The position numbers and the translations under genes are program-made. The notes below the pieces were generated by a model, which searched no databases, was not told where the DNA came from, and saw only the letters and a program-made list of their open reading frames with translations. A stretch of DNA of 64,000 nucleotides from positions 4,704,001 through 4,768,000 of the forward strand of contig OY970166.1 of NCBI GenBank assembly GCA_963706595.1. Direction: 5' to 3'. This DNA comes from an uncultured cyanobacterium (lineage in GTDB: Bacteria > Cyanobacteriota > Cyanobacteriia > Cyanobacteriales > Nostocaceae). How positions within the stretch are numbered: position 1 is the first letter of the stretch; each line of letters opens with the position of its first letter. This document shows, in pieces, positions 40,305 to 51,762 of this stretch.

Positions 40305-41645
40305 ATGTCTACCATCAGTCCTGCCCAAATTACCAAAGTATTACCCGATTCCATCGCCGCAGAAGTTGGCTTTGACGCGGGGGATGCCATAGTTGCTATC
40401 AATGGCACACAACCCCGTGATTTAATTGATTATCAATTTTTGTGTGCTGATGAAATTCTCGAATTGGAAGTTTTAGACGCATCGGGAAATACTCATCATA
40501 TTGAAATTGAAAAAGATTACGACGAAGACTTGGGGCTAGAATTTGCCACAGCTTTATTTGATGGGTTAATTCAATGTAATAACCGTTGTCCATTTTGCTT
40601 TATTGATCAACAGCCACCAGGTAAGCGTTCCAGCTTGTATTTAAAAGATGATGATTACCGTCTCAGCTTTTTATATGGTTCCTATTTAACCCTTACCAAT
40701 TTGTCAGAAAGAGAATGGCAACGTATTGAACAAATGCGCCTATCTCCCTTGTTTGTTTCTGTTCATGCGACAGAACCCGAAATCAGAATTAGACTGCTGA
40801 AAAATCAGCGTGCAGGGCAAATTCTGTCTCAAATAAAATGGTTCCAAGATCGAAGATTGCAAATTCACGCCCAAGTAGTCGTTTGTCCTGGTATAAACGA
40901 TGGAAAACACCTGGAACAAACCCTCAAGGATTTAGCATCTTTCCATCATGGTGAAATACCTGCTGTGGCATCAGTCGCAGTAGTCCCCGTGGGCTTGACG
41001 CGGTTTCGCCCAGAGGAAGACGAACTCATCCCCGTAACCAGGGAAAAAGCTCAAGAAGTGATTTCCCAAGTGCAAAAAATTTCCCAGCAGTTTCGCCAAC
41101 AATTCGGTTCTGGCTTTGCTTGGTTAGCCGATGAGTGGTTTTTGATTGCAGGTGAGGAATTACCCAGTGAAGCGGACTATGAAGAATATCCGCAAATTGA
41201 CAACGGTGTGGGTTCCATTCGTTTATTTATTAAGCAATTTGCATCTACAGCCGCCGAATTATTACCGCCTAAGCTTTACCATCCCAAGAAATTAACGTGG
41301 GTAGTTGGTAATGCGGTAGAGCAAGCATTTCAACCAATTTTGAAGCGTTTAAATGCGGTTGAAGGTTTAGAAGTTAATATGCAGGCTTTATCTAGTGATT
41401 ACTGGGGACAAGATATTAGTGTGACTGGGTTAATTACAGGTCATGATTTACTTTTAAATCTCTCAAACAAAGATTTAGGCGATGGAATTTTACTGCCAAA
41501 ACTGATGCTAAAAAATGGCGAGTTGATATTTTTGGATGATATGAGTGTTGCCGAAGTTACTGAAAAACTTAAGACACAAATATTCCCAGTTGCAGGGATT
41601 GAAGAATTGATAAATGCTTGTATTAATGAACAAGTTCTAGTTTAG
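40305..41645 (+). CDS. PDZ-containing radical SAM-like Fe-S protein (TIGR03279/DUF512 type)
   Basis: N-terminal PDZ, CNNRCPFCFIDQ, KDDDYRLSF, YPQIDNGVG. Confidence 0.9.
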   Translation: MSTISPAQITKVLPDSIAAEVGFDAGDAIVAINGTQPRDLIDYQFLCADEILELEVLDASGNTHHIEIEKDYDEDLGLEFATALFDGLIQCNNRCPFCFIDQQPPGKRSSLYLKDDDYRLSFLYGSYLTLTNLSEREWQRIEQMRLSPLFVSVHATEPEIRIRLLKNQRAGQILSQIKWFQDRRLQIHAQVVVCPGINDGKHLEQTLKDLASFHHGEIPAVASVAVVPVGLTRFRPEEDELIPVTREKAQEVISQVQKISQQFRQQFGSGFAWLADEWFLIAGEELPSEADYEEYPQIDNGVGSIRLFIKQFASTAAELLPPKLYHPKKLTWVVGNAVEQAFQPILKRLNAVEGLEVNMQALSSDYWGQDISVTGLITGHDLLLNLSNKDLGDGILLPKLMLKNGELIFLDDMSVAEVTEKLKTQIFPVAGIEELINACINEQVLV

Positions 41646-41760
41646 TGAGTAAATATCAGTCGTTTTTCGGAGGTCATTTATGGATATATAGGACGATACT
41701 AAATAAAACGTGAACATTTCTCTTTTTTCTCTTTCTCTGTGATCTCTGTGGTTCGTTTAT

Positions 41761-41901
41761 AGGACTTACGCATAATCTACGTTTTCTTGGCGTTCTTCTC
41801 CCAAGGGGAGACGCTACGCGGTAAGCGAAGCTATGCCGAAGGCTTTAGGCGACTTGGCGGTTCGATAAATCAAGATTTTTGGCAATTGTTGCGTAAGTCC
41901 T
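41761..41901. mobile_element. MITE-like element with 12-bp terminal inverted repeats
   Basis: AGGACTTACGCA (41761-41772) ... TGCGTAAGTCCT (41890-41901); 141 bp, non-coding, with internal small palindromes. Confidence 0.65.
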
Positions 41902-41994
41902 GGTTTAAAAAAGTCCTGTTCAAAACTCAAATAGGATTCCTATAGAACGATAAATAAACAAAAGACTGGTAAATAATAAATTTAGGAGTGAATA

Positions 41995-44641
41995 GTGAAG
42001 AATCACAATAGATACCATAAGAAAATCAAAAAAGCTGGATTCTTCATTGTCACTTTTAAACTTTTAATTTTTCAGAGCTTGGGGATTTTACCAGCAACGG
42101 CGACTACTGAGGAACCTGTCTTAAGTGTGGTATATAGTCAAGAAAATCAGCAGCAATGGGCAGAAATTACCCAGCGTTTGCAAGCCATAAATGTGAAATA
42201 TTGCGTTATTCCCATAGCTAATGTCAGGAGTGCCGCAGATTGGGGCGATCGCAAGGTGTTATTTTTACCTAATGTTGAGAGATTAACACCAGTTCAAGCG
42301 ATCGCTCTCCAAGAATGGATGAGCCGGGGCGGAAACCTGATTGCTAGCGGTCCTATAGGTAGTCTGTCAGATCCAGGAGTCCGTCAGTTAATGCGATCGC
42401 TCCTGGGAGGTTATTGGGGTTTCAGTCAAAATCAGACGCAACAGATACAACCCTCAAAAACTCAGAATTATCAATGGGAAAACCAAAACGGACTTTTCGG
42501 TAAAGTACATGGCGGGGTTTTAATTCCTAACAATGTTACCAGTCACGCTGCTGCTGTCTGGAATTCCCCAGATAATCCGGCCGCAGTCGTCACAACAGAG
42601 CGTTCTACCTTCTTAGGTTGGCGTTGGGGAACAAATACAGCCTCAGTCGCAGATTTAGATAACAGCTGGTTAAAAGCTGCCCTAACTCGCCATAGATCAA
42701 AGTCATCACAACGCCAGAACAAAATACCCGGAGGTTCCCCAACCTGCTCAACATCACTAACCGCCGCTATCTCATCCCCCCCCACTCCCCACTCCCCACT
42801 CCCCACTCCCCCTTCCCCCGACGAACTCGATCAACTACAACAAGCAGTACACTGGGATATTTCACCCAACTCCAATGCACCGATTAATCAAAATCAAGCG
42901 ATCGCCCTTCAACAAGAATTAAAAAACCTGATTGGTCGGGTAGAAAGCGCTCATCTAGCCGCATCAGCATATAGTAGCCTGGGTGAAGCCATGACTAACA
43001 ACCCATCTCTCAAGGGACAAACATCTCATAGAGCCAGAATTGGCAGTCTCAGCAAAGAACAAGATCTATCACAGGCTAGGGTATTTGTCAATAAAATACC
43101 TCAATTAATTGCCCAAAAAAAATACGCCTTAGCTCGCCAACAATGGCTAGCAACCAAAGCAAATTTATGGAAACAGTTTCCTCTCAATAGCAGACTAGCT
43201 CAAGCCGAAATTCGGGCTGTATGGTTAGACAGAGGCACAATTGTTCAGGCTGGTAGCGAAAAAGAACTAGCCAAAATCTTTGACAGGTTAGCAAAGTCGG
43301 GAATTAACACCGTCTTTTTTGAAACTGTCAACGCTGGTTATACTATTTATCCCAGCCAAGTTGCACCCCAACCCAACCCATTAATTCGTGGTTGGAGACC
43401 CCTTGGCGGCTGGAGTGAAATTAGCCCACCAACGGGGAATGGAGTTACACGCTTGGGTTTGGGTTTTTGCGGCTGGTAATCAGATGCACAATCAGCTAAT
43501 TAATGCCCATCCTAATTATCCTGGACCAGTTTTAGCAGCCAATCCTGATTGGGCAAACTATGATCATCAAGGTAAAACAATTCCGGCTCGACAAACCAAG
43601 CCATTTTACGACCCAGCTAATCCCGAATTGCGGCAATATTTACTCAAACTGTATGAAGAAATTGTCACCCGCTATCAAGTAGATGGTGTACAACTAGATT
43701 ACATTCGCTATCCCTTCCAAGACCCTGATGCTGGACGCAGTTATGGTTATGGTAAAGCTGCTAGAGCGCAGTTTCAGCAACTGCATGGCGTAGATCCAGT
43801 CAATATTTCTCCTAGTCAACGGGACTTGTGGCAAAAGTGGACAGCATTTCGGACCGAACAAGTTGACAGCTTTGTTACCCAAGTCACACAGCAACTACGA
43901 AAAAAGCGTCCAGATTTGATTTTTTCTGTAGCTGTCTTTCCTCTCCCGGAAAAAGAACGCATTCAAAAACTTCAACAAAATTGGGAAGTTTGGGCAAAGC
44001 GAGGAGATATAGATTTAATTGTGCCAATGACTTATGCTCAAGACACTTCTCGGTTCCAACGATTAGCCCAACCCTGGATAACTTCCAGAAAATTAGGTTC
44101 TACCTTATTGTTGCCAGGTATTCGCTTACTTTCTTTGCCCAATGTGGGAGCATTTGACCAACTGCAATTGATTAGAGATTTACCAATCAGTGGTTATGCA
44201 CTATTTGCGGCTGAGAATTTTAATGATCAGTTAGAACAAATTTTTCATCATACCCAAGGACAGGTTTCATCCAGAACTAATGAACCTATTCCTCACCGCC
44301 AGCCTTTTAAAGCTGCTGCTGTCCGTTACACGGCGTTACAAAGTGAATGGCAATTAGTTCTGCAAAATGACCAATTACAAATGTCTGCTGCCACAATTGC
44401 TGATTTTAATCAGCAGGTAAAAGTTGTCCAAGGTGCTTTAAATCAATTAGCAATTTCACCTTCTACTGGTAATTTAATAGCTGCAAGAGCAACATTGACT
44501 CGATTTCAGTCTCAGTTTCAGATATGGATGCGCCAACCAGCTACAGATCATCCCTATCAAGTCAAAGCCTGGGAAAATCGCCTTGCAACTATAGAAAAGT
44601 TATTGCGTTATGGCGAAAGGCGATCGCCAGGAACGCGATAA
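41995..44641 (+). pseudogene. Glycoside hydrolase-like family 10 (GHL10/DUF187) exported protein with one +1 frameshift (probably a sequencing error)
   Basis: EIRAVWLDRG...GINTVFFET..AGYTIYPS in ORF 41995..43479; HAWVW, DGVQLDYIRYP in ORF 43388..44641. Removing A43396 restores LIRGWDPLAAG and an 881-aa ORF. Confidence 0.85.
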
Positions 44642-44818
44642 ATTAACAAGGGTAGAACTAAATTGCCCTGTCTTACCCAGTATCTAAGCTTTAGTGTAAA
44701 TTTACATAACTTTTAATTTAAATATTATTGTTTATTTTGCACCAAAATATTAGAAGATTCTGAGATCAATAATTTGCTTTAATTAACTATTTATTGATGA
44801 TAGCTATCATAATTCTCT

Positions 44819-47800
44819 ATGCAAGCTTTACCTCACTTTACCTGCCTACAGTGCTTCAAGTCAATAATTGACTTGAATCCAGTAACGGTAGATCCAGAAA
44901 CTTTAGTGTTAGACGCAGTATTGCTGATGGCAAATCATGCCGTTAGTCTCTTGGTTGTGTCAGTATCACAGGTAGTAGGATGGTTTACGCACAAAGATGT
45001 GGTGCAGCTTTTAGCTGACGGGGTTAACTTGAAAACAACCACCATTTCTGAAGTTATGCAATCTGTGACAATTACCCTAAAACTTGCAGAATTTCAAAGT
45101 ACAGCAACTGTAATTACACTGTTGCAGCAGCATCAATTGGATATTTTGCCAGTTATAGATGATCATAATCAACTTGTGGGGACTGTAACTCCTACAAGTA
45201 TTTGTCAAGCCCTAGCAAAAGCAGAGGAAGAAACTCAAGGCGAATATTCACAAACTCCAGCCGAAAAATTGCGTTTGCTAGAATCTGCAACGCTAAATGC
45301 TAATGACACTATTCCTGTAAATCATCAAAAAGGAGAACTTTACGGTTTTGTTGGAATTGCTGAAGATATTACCGAACTCAAACAAGCACAAGCAGCCCTA
45401 ACCCAGGTGAACCAAGAGCTAGAAATGCGTGTGGCCCAAAGAACTATCACTTTAACTCAACTGAATCAGCAGCTAGTCTCTGAAATTACCGAACGCCATG
45501 AAAGCGAAGAACGGTTTCGCTTTTTGGCAGAATCCATCCCGCAACAAGTATGGATTGCAAATGCTAACGGTGAGCTGGAGTATGTTAATCAACGCGCTGT
45601 TGATTACTTTGTTTGTAGTTCAGAACAACTTATAGGGGTAGGATGGCAGCAATGGATACATCCTGATGATTTGCCAAATACTCTGTCTGGCTGGCAAGAA
45701 TCTCTCAGGATGGGTACACCGCACGAAATTGAATTTCGTTGTCTGAGAGGAAGTGATCAAACCTATCGCTGGCATCTGATCCGAGCTTTGCCTATGCGTA
45801 ATGAACAAGGTAAAATTGTCAATTGGTTCGGTACTAATACGGATATTGACGATCGCGTATCCACAGAAATTACTCTGCGACAAACACAACAACAGCTACA
45901 GGCAATTTTAGATAACTCTCCGGCAGTGATTTACCTGATCGATCTTCATGGTAAAAACCTGCTGGTCAACCGCAAGTATGAACAGCTATTAAACCTCACT
46001 AAAGAGCAAATTGTCGGCAAAAGTATACACGAACTTTGGCCTGATGATATTGCATACGAGTTTGCCACAAACAATCGTCAAGTAATTGCAGATGGTGTGT
46101 CCATAGAAACAGAAGAAATTATTCCTCAAAAGGATGGTTTACACACCTACTTGTCGGTCAAGTTTCCTTTAAAAGATGCTAATGGCGTTGCTTATGCTGT
46201 TGGTGGTATTTCTACTGACATTACACAACGCAAGTTAGCTGAAGAATCACTACTACGTTTTCGCAAAGCCTTAGAAAGCATTAGTGATGCTGTAATTATT
46301 GGAGATATCACAGGTGCAACAATCCACGTTAACCCAGCATTTATCGAACAGTATGAGTATACATTGGAGGAATTACAGGCGGCTGGGGGATGTACAGTAA
46401 TTTACGAGCATCCAGCAGTTTATGAAAAAATTCGCGCGACTGTTGAGATTAATCAGTCTTGGCGTGGTGAAGTAAAGTTTCGAGCCTGTAGTGGTCGCCT
46501 GGTACAAGTTTACTTGCGTTCTGATGCCATTAAAGATGCCACAGGTAAATTTGTCGGTACAATCTGCATTCATACGGATATTACTGAACGCAAGCGAACA
46601 GAAGAAGGTTTAAGATTACGTAATCGAGCCATGGCTGCCAGTAGTAATGGCATTATTATTGCTGATGCCAGTCTTCCCAACAGCCCGATTATCTATGTTA
46701 ATACTGCCTTTGAGCGCATAACTGGGTACTGTGCAGCAGAGGTGATTGGCAGAAACTTTTGTTCGTTCCAAAGTGCTGATATTAATCAATCTGGCTTAGA
46801 AGCACTCTCTGCTGCCATGGAAGCCGGAACAAACTGTACTGTCACTTTAAGCAACTACCATAAAGATGGCAGGCTATTATGGAATGAGTTGAGTATTTCT
46901 CCAGTCTATGATGCTGCTGACAAACTCACCCACTACATCACCATTCAAACAAATATCACTGAGCGTAAGCAGGCAGAAACAGCCCTACTAGTGAGCCAAC
47001 AACGGCTACAATATCTACTCTCCTCCAGTCCTGCTGTCATCTATACCGCTATGACTACTGGTGATTTAGGTAGTACCTTCGTCAGTGATAATGTCACTGC
47101 CATGACAGGATATGAAGCCGGGGAAATTGTCGAAAATTCTCACTTTTGGACTGCTCATATCCACCCAGAAGACTTGCCTTATGTCTTGACTGAGGTTTCC
47201 CAGACACTGAAGAAAGAACATTACGCTCTTGAATATCGCTTTTTACATCAAGACGGGACTTATCGTTGGCTATATGACAAAGGCAAGCTAGTGCGCGATG
47301 AAACTGGAAATCCATTAGAATTTGTCGGTTATTTGGCAGATATTACAGAGCATAAGCAATTAGAAGCAGAACTGAAAGTAGCACTAGAGACTGAAAAAGA
47401 ACTTCACGAACTCAAATCCCGTTTTGTTTCCATGACTTCTCATGAATTCCGCACGCCGTTGAGTACCATTCTTTCTTCGTCGGAATTACTAGAACATTAC
47501 CGCCACAAATGGACAGAAGAAAAACAACTTACTCACTTGCATCGCATTCAAGCTGCTGTTAAGCGGATGACAGAAATGTTAAATGATGTGTTGGTTATTG
47601 GCAAGGCGGAAGCGGGAAAACTAGAGTATAGACCAACGTGCTTCGATTTGGTCGAATACTGCCGTTATTTGTTGTCAGAGGCACAAGTGAATCAAAACAA
47701 TATGTGCGTAGTTTATTTTACTAGTTTACATAAATCTATTCCATGCTGCATGGATAAAAATTTACTAGGACATATTCTAAATAATTTACTTTCAAATGCT

Positions 47801-48112
47801 ATCAAATATTCACCAACTGAAAGCACAATCCAGTTTACTCTGGCTTGTCAAGATCAGCAGGCAATATTTAAAATTCAGGACCAAGGAATTGGCATTCCCG
47901 AAGAAGACCTTCCACGCTTGTTTGAATCTTTTCATCGCGCCAGGAATGTTGGCAATATTTTAGGAACTGGACTAGGATTGGCGATTGTCAAAGATTGTGT
48001 AGATTTACACCAGGGTAAAATCTCTGTCATCAGTAATCTGGGCATTGGTACGGTATTTACTGTTACATTACCATTAAATAACCTGATGGAGGTTGAGGTG
48101 ACAAATGACTAA
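44819..48112 (+). CDS. CBS-pair, multi-PAS sensor histidine kinase
   Basis: N-terminal CBS pair, about five PAS/PAC repeats, H-box SHEFRTPL, NLLSNAIKYS, DQGIGIP, GTGLGL. Confidence 0.93.
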   Translation: MQALPHFTCLQCFKSIIDLNPVTVDPETLVLDAVLLMANHAVSLLVVSVSQVVGWFTHKDVVQLLADGVNLKTTTISEVMQSVTITLKLAEFQSTATVITLLQQHQLDILPVIDDHNQLVGTVTPTSICQALAKAEEETQGEYSQTPAEKLRLLESATLNANDTIPVNHQKGELYGFVGIAEDITELKQAQAALTQVNQELEMRVAQRTITLTQLNQQLVSEITERHESEERFRFLAESIPQQVWIANANGELEYVNQRAVDYFVCSSEQLIGVGWQQWIHPDDLPNTLSGWQESLRMGTPHEIEFRCLRGSDQTYRWHLIRALPMRNEQGKIVNWFGTNTDIDDRVSTEITLRQTQQQLQAILDNSPAVIYLIDLHGKNLLVNRKYEQLLNLTKEQIVGKSIHELWPDDIAYEFATNNRQVIADGVSIETEEIIPQKDGLHTYLSVKFPLKDANGVAYAVGGISTDITQRKLAEESLLRFRKALESISDAVIIGDITGATIHVNPAFIEQYEYTLEELQAAGGCTVIYEHPAVYEKIRATVEINQSWRGEVKFRACSGRLVQVYLRSDAIKDATGKFVGTICIHTDITERKRTEEGLRLRNRAMAASSNGIIIADASLPNSPIIYVNTAFERITGYCAAEVIGRNFCSFQSADINQSGLEALSAAMEAGTNCTVTLSNYHKDGRLLWNELSISPVYDAADKLTHYITIQTNITERKQAETALLVSQQRLQYLLSSSPAVIYTAMTTGDLGSTFVSDNVTAMTGYEAGEIVENSHFWTAHIHPEDLPYVLTEVSQTLKKEHYALEYRFLHQDGTYRWLYDKGKLVRDETGNPLEFVGYLADITEHKQLEAELKVALETEKELHELKSRFVSMTSHEFRTPLSTILSSSELLEHYRHKWTEEKQLTHLHRIQAAVKRMTEMLNDVLVIGKAEAGKLEYRPTCFDLVEYCRYLLSEAQVNQNNMCVVYFTSLHKSIPCCMDKNLLGHILNNLLSNAIKYSPTESTIQFTLACQDQQAIFKIQDQGIGIPEEDLPRLFESFHRARNVGNILGTGLGLAIVKDCVDLHQGKISVISNLGIGTVFTVTLPLNNLMEVEVTND

Positions 48113-49322
48113 AATTTTAGTGATTGAAGATGAAGAATCAGTTCGTGAAAACTTATTAGATTTGCTAGAATCTGAGAATTTTGAAACTATTACAGCTGCT
48201 AATGGCGCAATGGGCATAAATTTGGCTGTATCTGTCATGCCTGATTTAATTTTGTGCGACATGATGATGCCGGAAATTGATGGTTATGGAGTGCTAAAAG
48301 TATTGCGTCAAGAACCTTTAACTGCAACTATTCCGTTTATTTTTTTGACGGCTAAATCTGCTAAAGCTGATTTTCGTCAAGGTATGGATATGGGTGCAGA
48401 TGATTATTTAACTAAGCCATTTACTCGCGCTGAACTTTTAGGTGCAATTATAAATCGCTTAGAAAGACAAGCTACTTTAAAAAAGTATTTATCTGTATCC
48501 CATCAAACTGCAATTAAAACATTATCCCCGAAAATGCAATTGCTGGAAATGAATTTACACCGAGTTATCCACCAGAAAAAATTTGAAGAATTGGAAATTT
48601 ATTATCAACCCATCATTAATATCGCTTCCGGAAAAATAATTGCTGCCGAAAGTTTATTGCGTTGGCATAGTCCGGAATTGGGTTCTGTTTCTCCATCAGA
48701 ATTTATTCCGGTGGCAGAGTCTACAGGTTTAATTATTTCTCTGGGGCAATGGGTATTACAAAATGTATGTAAGCAAATTAAAATCTGGCAAGATATTGGG
48801 TGTATTTCTTTAAGAATTGCGGTAAATATTTCAGTAATTGAATTTAATCATCCAGATTTTATTAGAAAATTAATTGAGCTTCTGAAGATAAATAATTTAG
48901 AACCAAAATGTTTAGAGTTAGAACTGACTGAAAGTATGATTATGCAAAATGCCAACGTGGCGATCGCTACGATGAATGAATTACAAAATTTGGGGGTGAG
49001 AATTGCTATTGATGATTTTGGTACGGGATATTCTTCTTTAATTTATCTAAAAAACTTACCAATTAGTACGTTAAAAATTGACCGTTATTTTATTCATAAT
49101 GTTGGTCATGACTCCCAAAAATCTGCTATTACCAAGGCATTAATAGAAATGGCTCACAATCTCAATATCCAAGTAATTGCCGAAGGTGTAGAAACAGAGT
49201 CTGAACTATCTTTTTTACGGCAAAATAACTGTGATGCCATACAAGGTTTTTTATTCAGCCGTCCATTACCAGCCGCCGAATTGGAGAATTTCCTGTGGAA
49301 CAATAGCAGCTTATCTGTATAA
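48105..49322 (+). CDS. Response regulator with EAL c-di-GMP phosphodiesterase domain (REC-EAL)
   Basis: ILVIEDE, LILCDMMMP, KPF; ESLLRW, AVNIS, LELTE, DDFGTGYSS, LKID, AEGVE, IQG. Overlaps the kinase stop codon. Confidence 0.94.
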   Translation: MTKILVIEDEESVRENLLDLLESENFETITAANGAMGINLAVSVMPDLILCDMMMPEIDGYGVLKVLRQEPLTATIPFIFLTAKSAKADFRQGMDMGADDYLTKPFTRAELLGAIINRLERQATLKKYLSVSHQTAIKTLSPKMQLLEMNLHRVIHQKKFEELEIYYQPIINIASGKIIAAESLLRWHSPELGSVSPSEFIPVAESTGLIISLGQWVLQNVCKQIKIWQDIGCISLRIAVNISVIEFNHPDFIRKLIELLKINNLEPKCLELELTESMIMQNANVAIATMNELQNLGVRIAIDDFGTGYSSLIYLKNLPISTLKIDRYFIHNVGHDSQKSAITKALIEMAHNLNIQVIAEGVETESELSFLRQNNCDAIQGFLFSRPLPAAELENFLWNNSSLSV

Positions 49323-49433
49323 CTAAATTCACTAAAAATAAATTTTTAGATGGCTTATTTTCACCCTAACTTCATCTGATTTAAGCTAAATTACTAATGG
49401 ATCGTGATAGTCATCTGGTTGAGAAATTTATTT

Positions 49434-49847
49434 ATGTCTCCAATTGAGAATGATAATCAGTTAAATATGAATGAATCTTCTTCCCATTCGGGTGAGAGAT
49501 ACTGGGGTACGGTGGATGTCATAGAAGAAGGGGAAAGCTATAGAATTAGTCGTGTTGAAATTAAGCCTAGACACGGCATTAAACCACAAATTCATTATCA
49601 CCGTAATGAACATTGGGTTGTAGTCTCCGGTGTAGCTAAGGTAACTTGTGGAGACGAAGAAAAATTGCTGAATCGAAATGAATCAACTTTTGTTCCCGCA
49701 GCGACGCTGCATAAGGTAGACAACCCAGGACAAATTCCACTGGTGATTTTAGAAATTCAAAATGGTGAATATTTGGGTGAGGATGACATTGAACGACCCT
49801 ATGAACTGAATGTAGTTAAGGCTACGACTGAAAATAAACAAGTTTAA
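49434..49847 (+). CDS. Mannose-6-phosphate isomerase type II C-terminal cupin protein
   Basis: RYWG, QIHYHRNEHWVVVSG.A, EIQNGEYLGEDDIER. Probable ATG start at 49434. Confidence 0.88.
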   Translation: MSPIENDNQLNMNESSSHSGERYWGTVDVIEEGESYRISRVEIKPRHGIKPQIHYHRNEHWVVVSGVAKVTCGDEEKLLNRNESTFVPAATLHKVDNPGQIPLVILEIQNGEYLGEDDIERPYELNVVKATTENKQV

Positions 49848-49900
49848 ATCAATCAACAGTTAAGTAGTTGACATAATTAAACATAAAACCTTGACGATAT

Positions 49901-49933
49901 AGATCCCCGACTTCTCAAAGAAGTCGGGGATCT
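49901..49933. terminator. Perfect palindromic hairpin between convergent genes (dispersed repeat and/or terminator)
   Basis: AGATCCCCGACTTCT-CAA-AGAAGTCGGGGATCT. Confidence 0.65.
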
Positions 49934-50025
49934 GGGTATTAGATATTCCTATCTGAGACAAAATTTTCTGTCATCTGTAACAGTGTAGGAACTAAAATTT
50001 ATTGTAATTACGAATTACAAATTAT

Positions 50026-50784
50026 CTAAAACCATCCCTCTTGTTCTAGGGTTTCAATCAACTGTAAACCACGAGGATCACCCACTCCTAAAAGTGAGGC
50101 TTTAGCGTCTTCGCGGACTCCTAAATCTTGGTCTTCGGCAAAGGCTTGAATCAGCGCATCGATGGCTGTGGCATAAACTATGTTAGATGGCAATTCTCGG
50201 CACAATTGCCCAATTGTCCAAGCACAGTTACTCCGTACGGCTGCGACGGGATCTTGAACTAAAGCTTCAATTAGGGCGGGGATGGCTCCCACAACGGCTT
50301 CATAACCTACGTCTGCCATCTGCGCTAAGGCACTAGCCGACCATAAGCGGACTGCGGAAATATCAGTTCTTAAGGCATCTGCTAGGGGTGCTAAAGAACG
50401 GCGATCGCGGCAATTTCCTAATGCCCAAACTATACCTTTACGGACATAGCCATTCCAGTCCTTGTGAAGCTGAATAATTAAGGGTTCCACTGCTTCCGGA
50501 CTGGGATTGCGGCCAATGCCATAGGCTGCACTGACGCGCACCAAAGGACAGGTGTCAGTTAACAGGCGAATTAAATGGGGTATCGCCCGTTTATCTTCGA
50601 TGTCACAAAAAGCACGAGCCGCTAGCATTCGTTGCTGCGGTTGATGATTTTCCAAAAGTGCTAGCATCACTTCTGGATCGGGCTTTGGCACTTCAGATTC
50701 AGCAGTTAGCGGCGCTATTTTATCCAGGGGGCTTTCTAGTTCCACCTCGGCATCTAGTAAGCTTAGGTCTTCTTCGTCATACAT
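50026..50784 (-). CDS. HEAT-repeat (PBS-lyase-like) protein
   Basis: Repeated AIPHLIRLL.D..PLVRVSAAYGIG / AVEPLI..L..D...VR units. Confidence 0.88.
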   Translation of the reverse strand: MYDEEDLSLLDAEVELESPLDKIAPLTAESEVPKPDPEVMLALLENHQPQQRMLAARAFCDIEDKRAIPHLIRLLTDTCPLVRVSAAYGIGRNPSPEAVEPLIIQLHKDWNGYVRKGIVWALGNCRDRRSLAPLADALRTDISAVRLWSASALAQMADVGYEAVVGAIPALIEALVQDPVAAVRSNCAWTIGQLCRELPSNIVYATAIDALIQAFAEDQDLGVREDAKASLLGVGDPRGLQLIETLEQEGWF

Positions 50785-50971
50785 ATTTTATATAAATGCG
50801 CGAGTAGGATTTAATTTAACTCCCCGTGCTAATAAGTCAAACAATTTTAGATTTTGGATTTTGGATTTTAGATTGATTCCACAGATAAATATCGGGGTTT
50901 GTACCATTAAGAAACTATTGGTTAAAACTTGATAGATATATAAGTATAAAATATTGTACATCTATATCAGT

Positions 50972-51454
50972 TTATTTATAGTGGAGTGATTTGACCATCG
51001 ATAGGGATTCGGTTTGATAACCTAAGTGATTGTAAAGATTTAAGGCGGCTGAGTTAGATTGAAAAACTTGCAAACCGATTTGGCGATCGCCTCTGTGAAT
51101 TGCCCAATTTTCGACATACTGCATCAAAGCTGTACCCACACCCCGTCGCCGATGTTCTGGGACGACGTAGAGCAAAAAAATGTGAGCATGGCGATCGCCC
51201 TTTACTTGATCTATCGCATTTCCCACCCAAAGGCAAGCAATGGGAGGTTGGGGGGAATCTTTCTCACGCAAATACTCTACCCACCACAAGGGCGTGTCCG
51301 GGGATAAATATTGCTCAACGGTTCGAGCTAGATGGGCAAAATCTTGCTGAGGAAATAGATCCTGGTAAGTTTGCTGCATAAACTTTACTAGCAGCGATCG
51401 CTCTAGTGTGGAACCGCGACGAATATAATAACCGGGTAGCAGTTGCTCAGACAA
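50972..51454 (-). CDS. GNAT family N-acetyltransferase
   Basis: LYVVPEHRRRGVGTALM (motif A), N..AL.LY...GY. Confidence 0.9.
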   Translation of the reverse strand: MSEQLLPGYYIRRGSTLERSLLVKFMQQTYQDLFPQQDFAHLARTVEQYLSPDTPLWWVEYLREKDSPQPPIACLWVGNAIDQVKGDRHAHIFLLYVVPEHRRRGVGTALMQYVENWAIHRGDRQIGLQVFQSNSAALNLYNHLGYQTESLSMVKSLHYK

Positions 51455-51469
51455 ACTCAGTTCCCATGA

Positions 51470-51670
51470 CTATAGTTCTAGGGAAAGCACAGCCAAAGAC
51501 ACCAATGTAGTCTCCTGGTTTCCCCATTGCCCGATCTCTCTATTTTCTTCAATGGGTGCGGGTGCGGCCATATCAGAGGGTAAAAAGATGCGGGCGCTGA
51601 CTGCCACAAGGGCTAAGGAAAATATCAACACTGCCACCAATGGGGCAATGTATTGACGAATTATACTCAT
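51470..51670 (-). CDS. Small single-TM hypothetical protein
   Basis: MSIIRQYIAPL...ALVAVSARIFLPSDMAAPAP; co-oriented within the ampG-GNAT gene run. Confidence 0.7.
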   Translation of the reverse strand: MSIIRQYIAPLVAVLIFSLALVAVSARIFLPSDMAAPAPIEENREIGQWGNQETTLVSLAVLSLEL

Positions 51671-51762
51671 AGTTTAATTGAAATCGGCTAGGATCTGGTT
51701 TAAGAATCTAGCTAAAGATTTGTGAAGTTTTCTTGATTTATTTTAGCGACTTTTGAGCCTGA

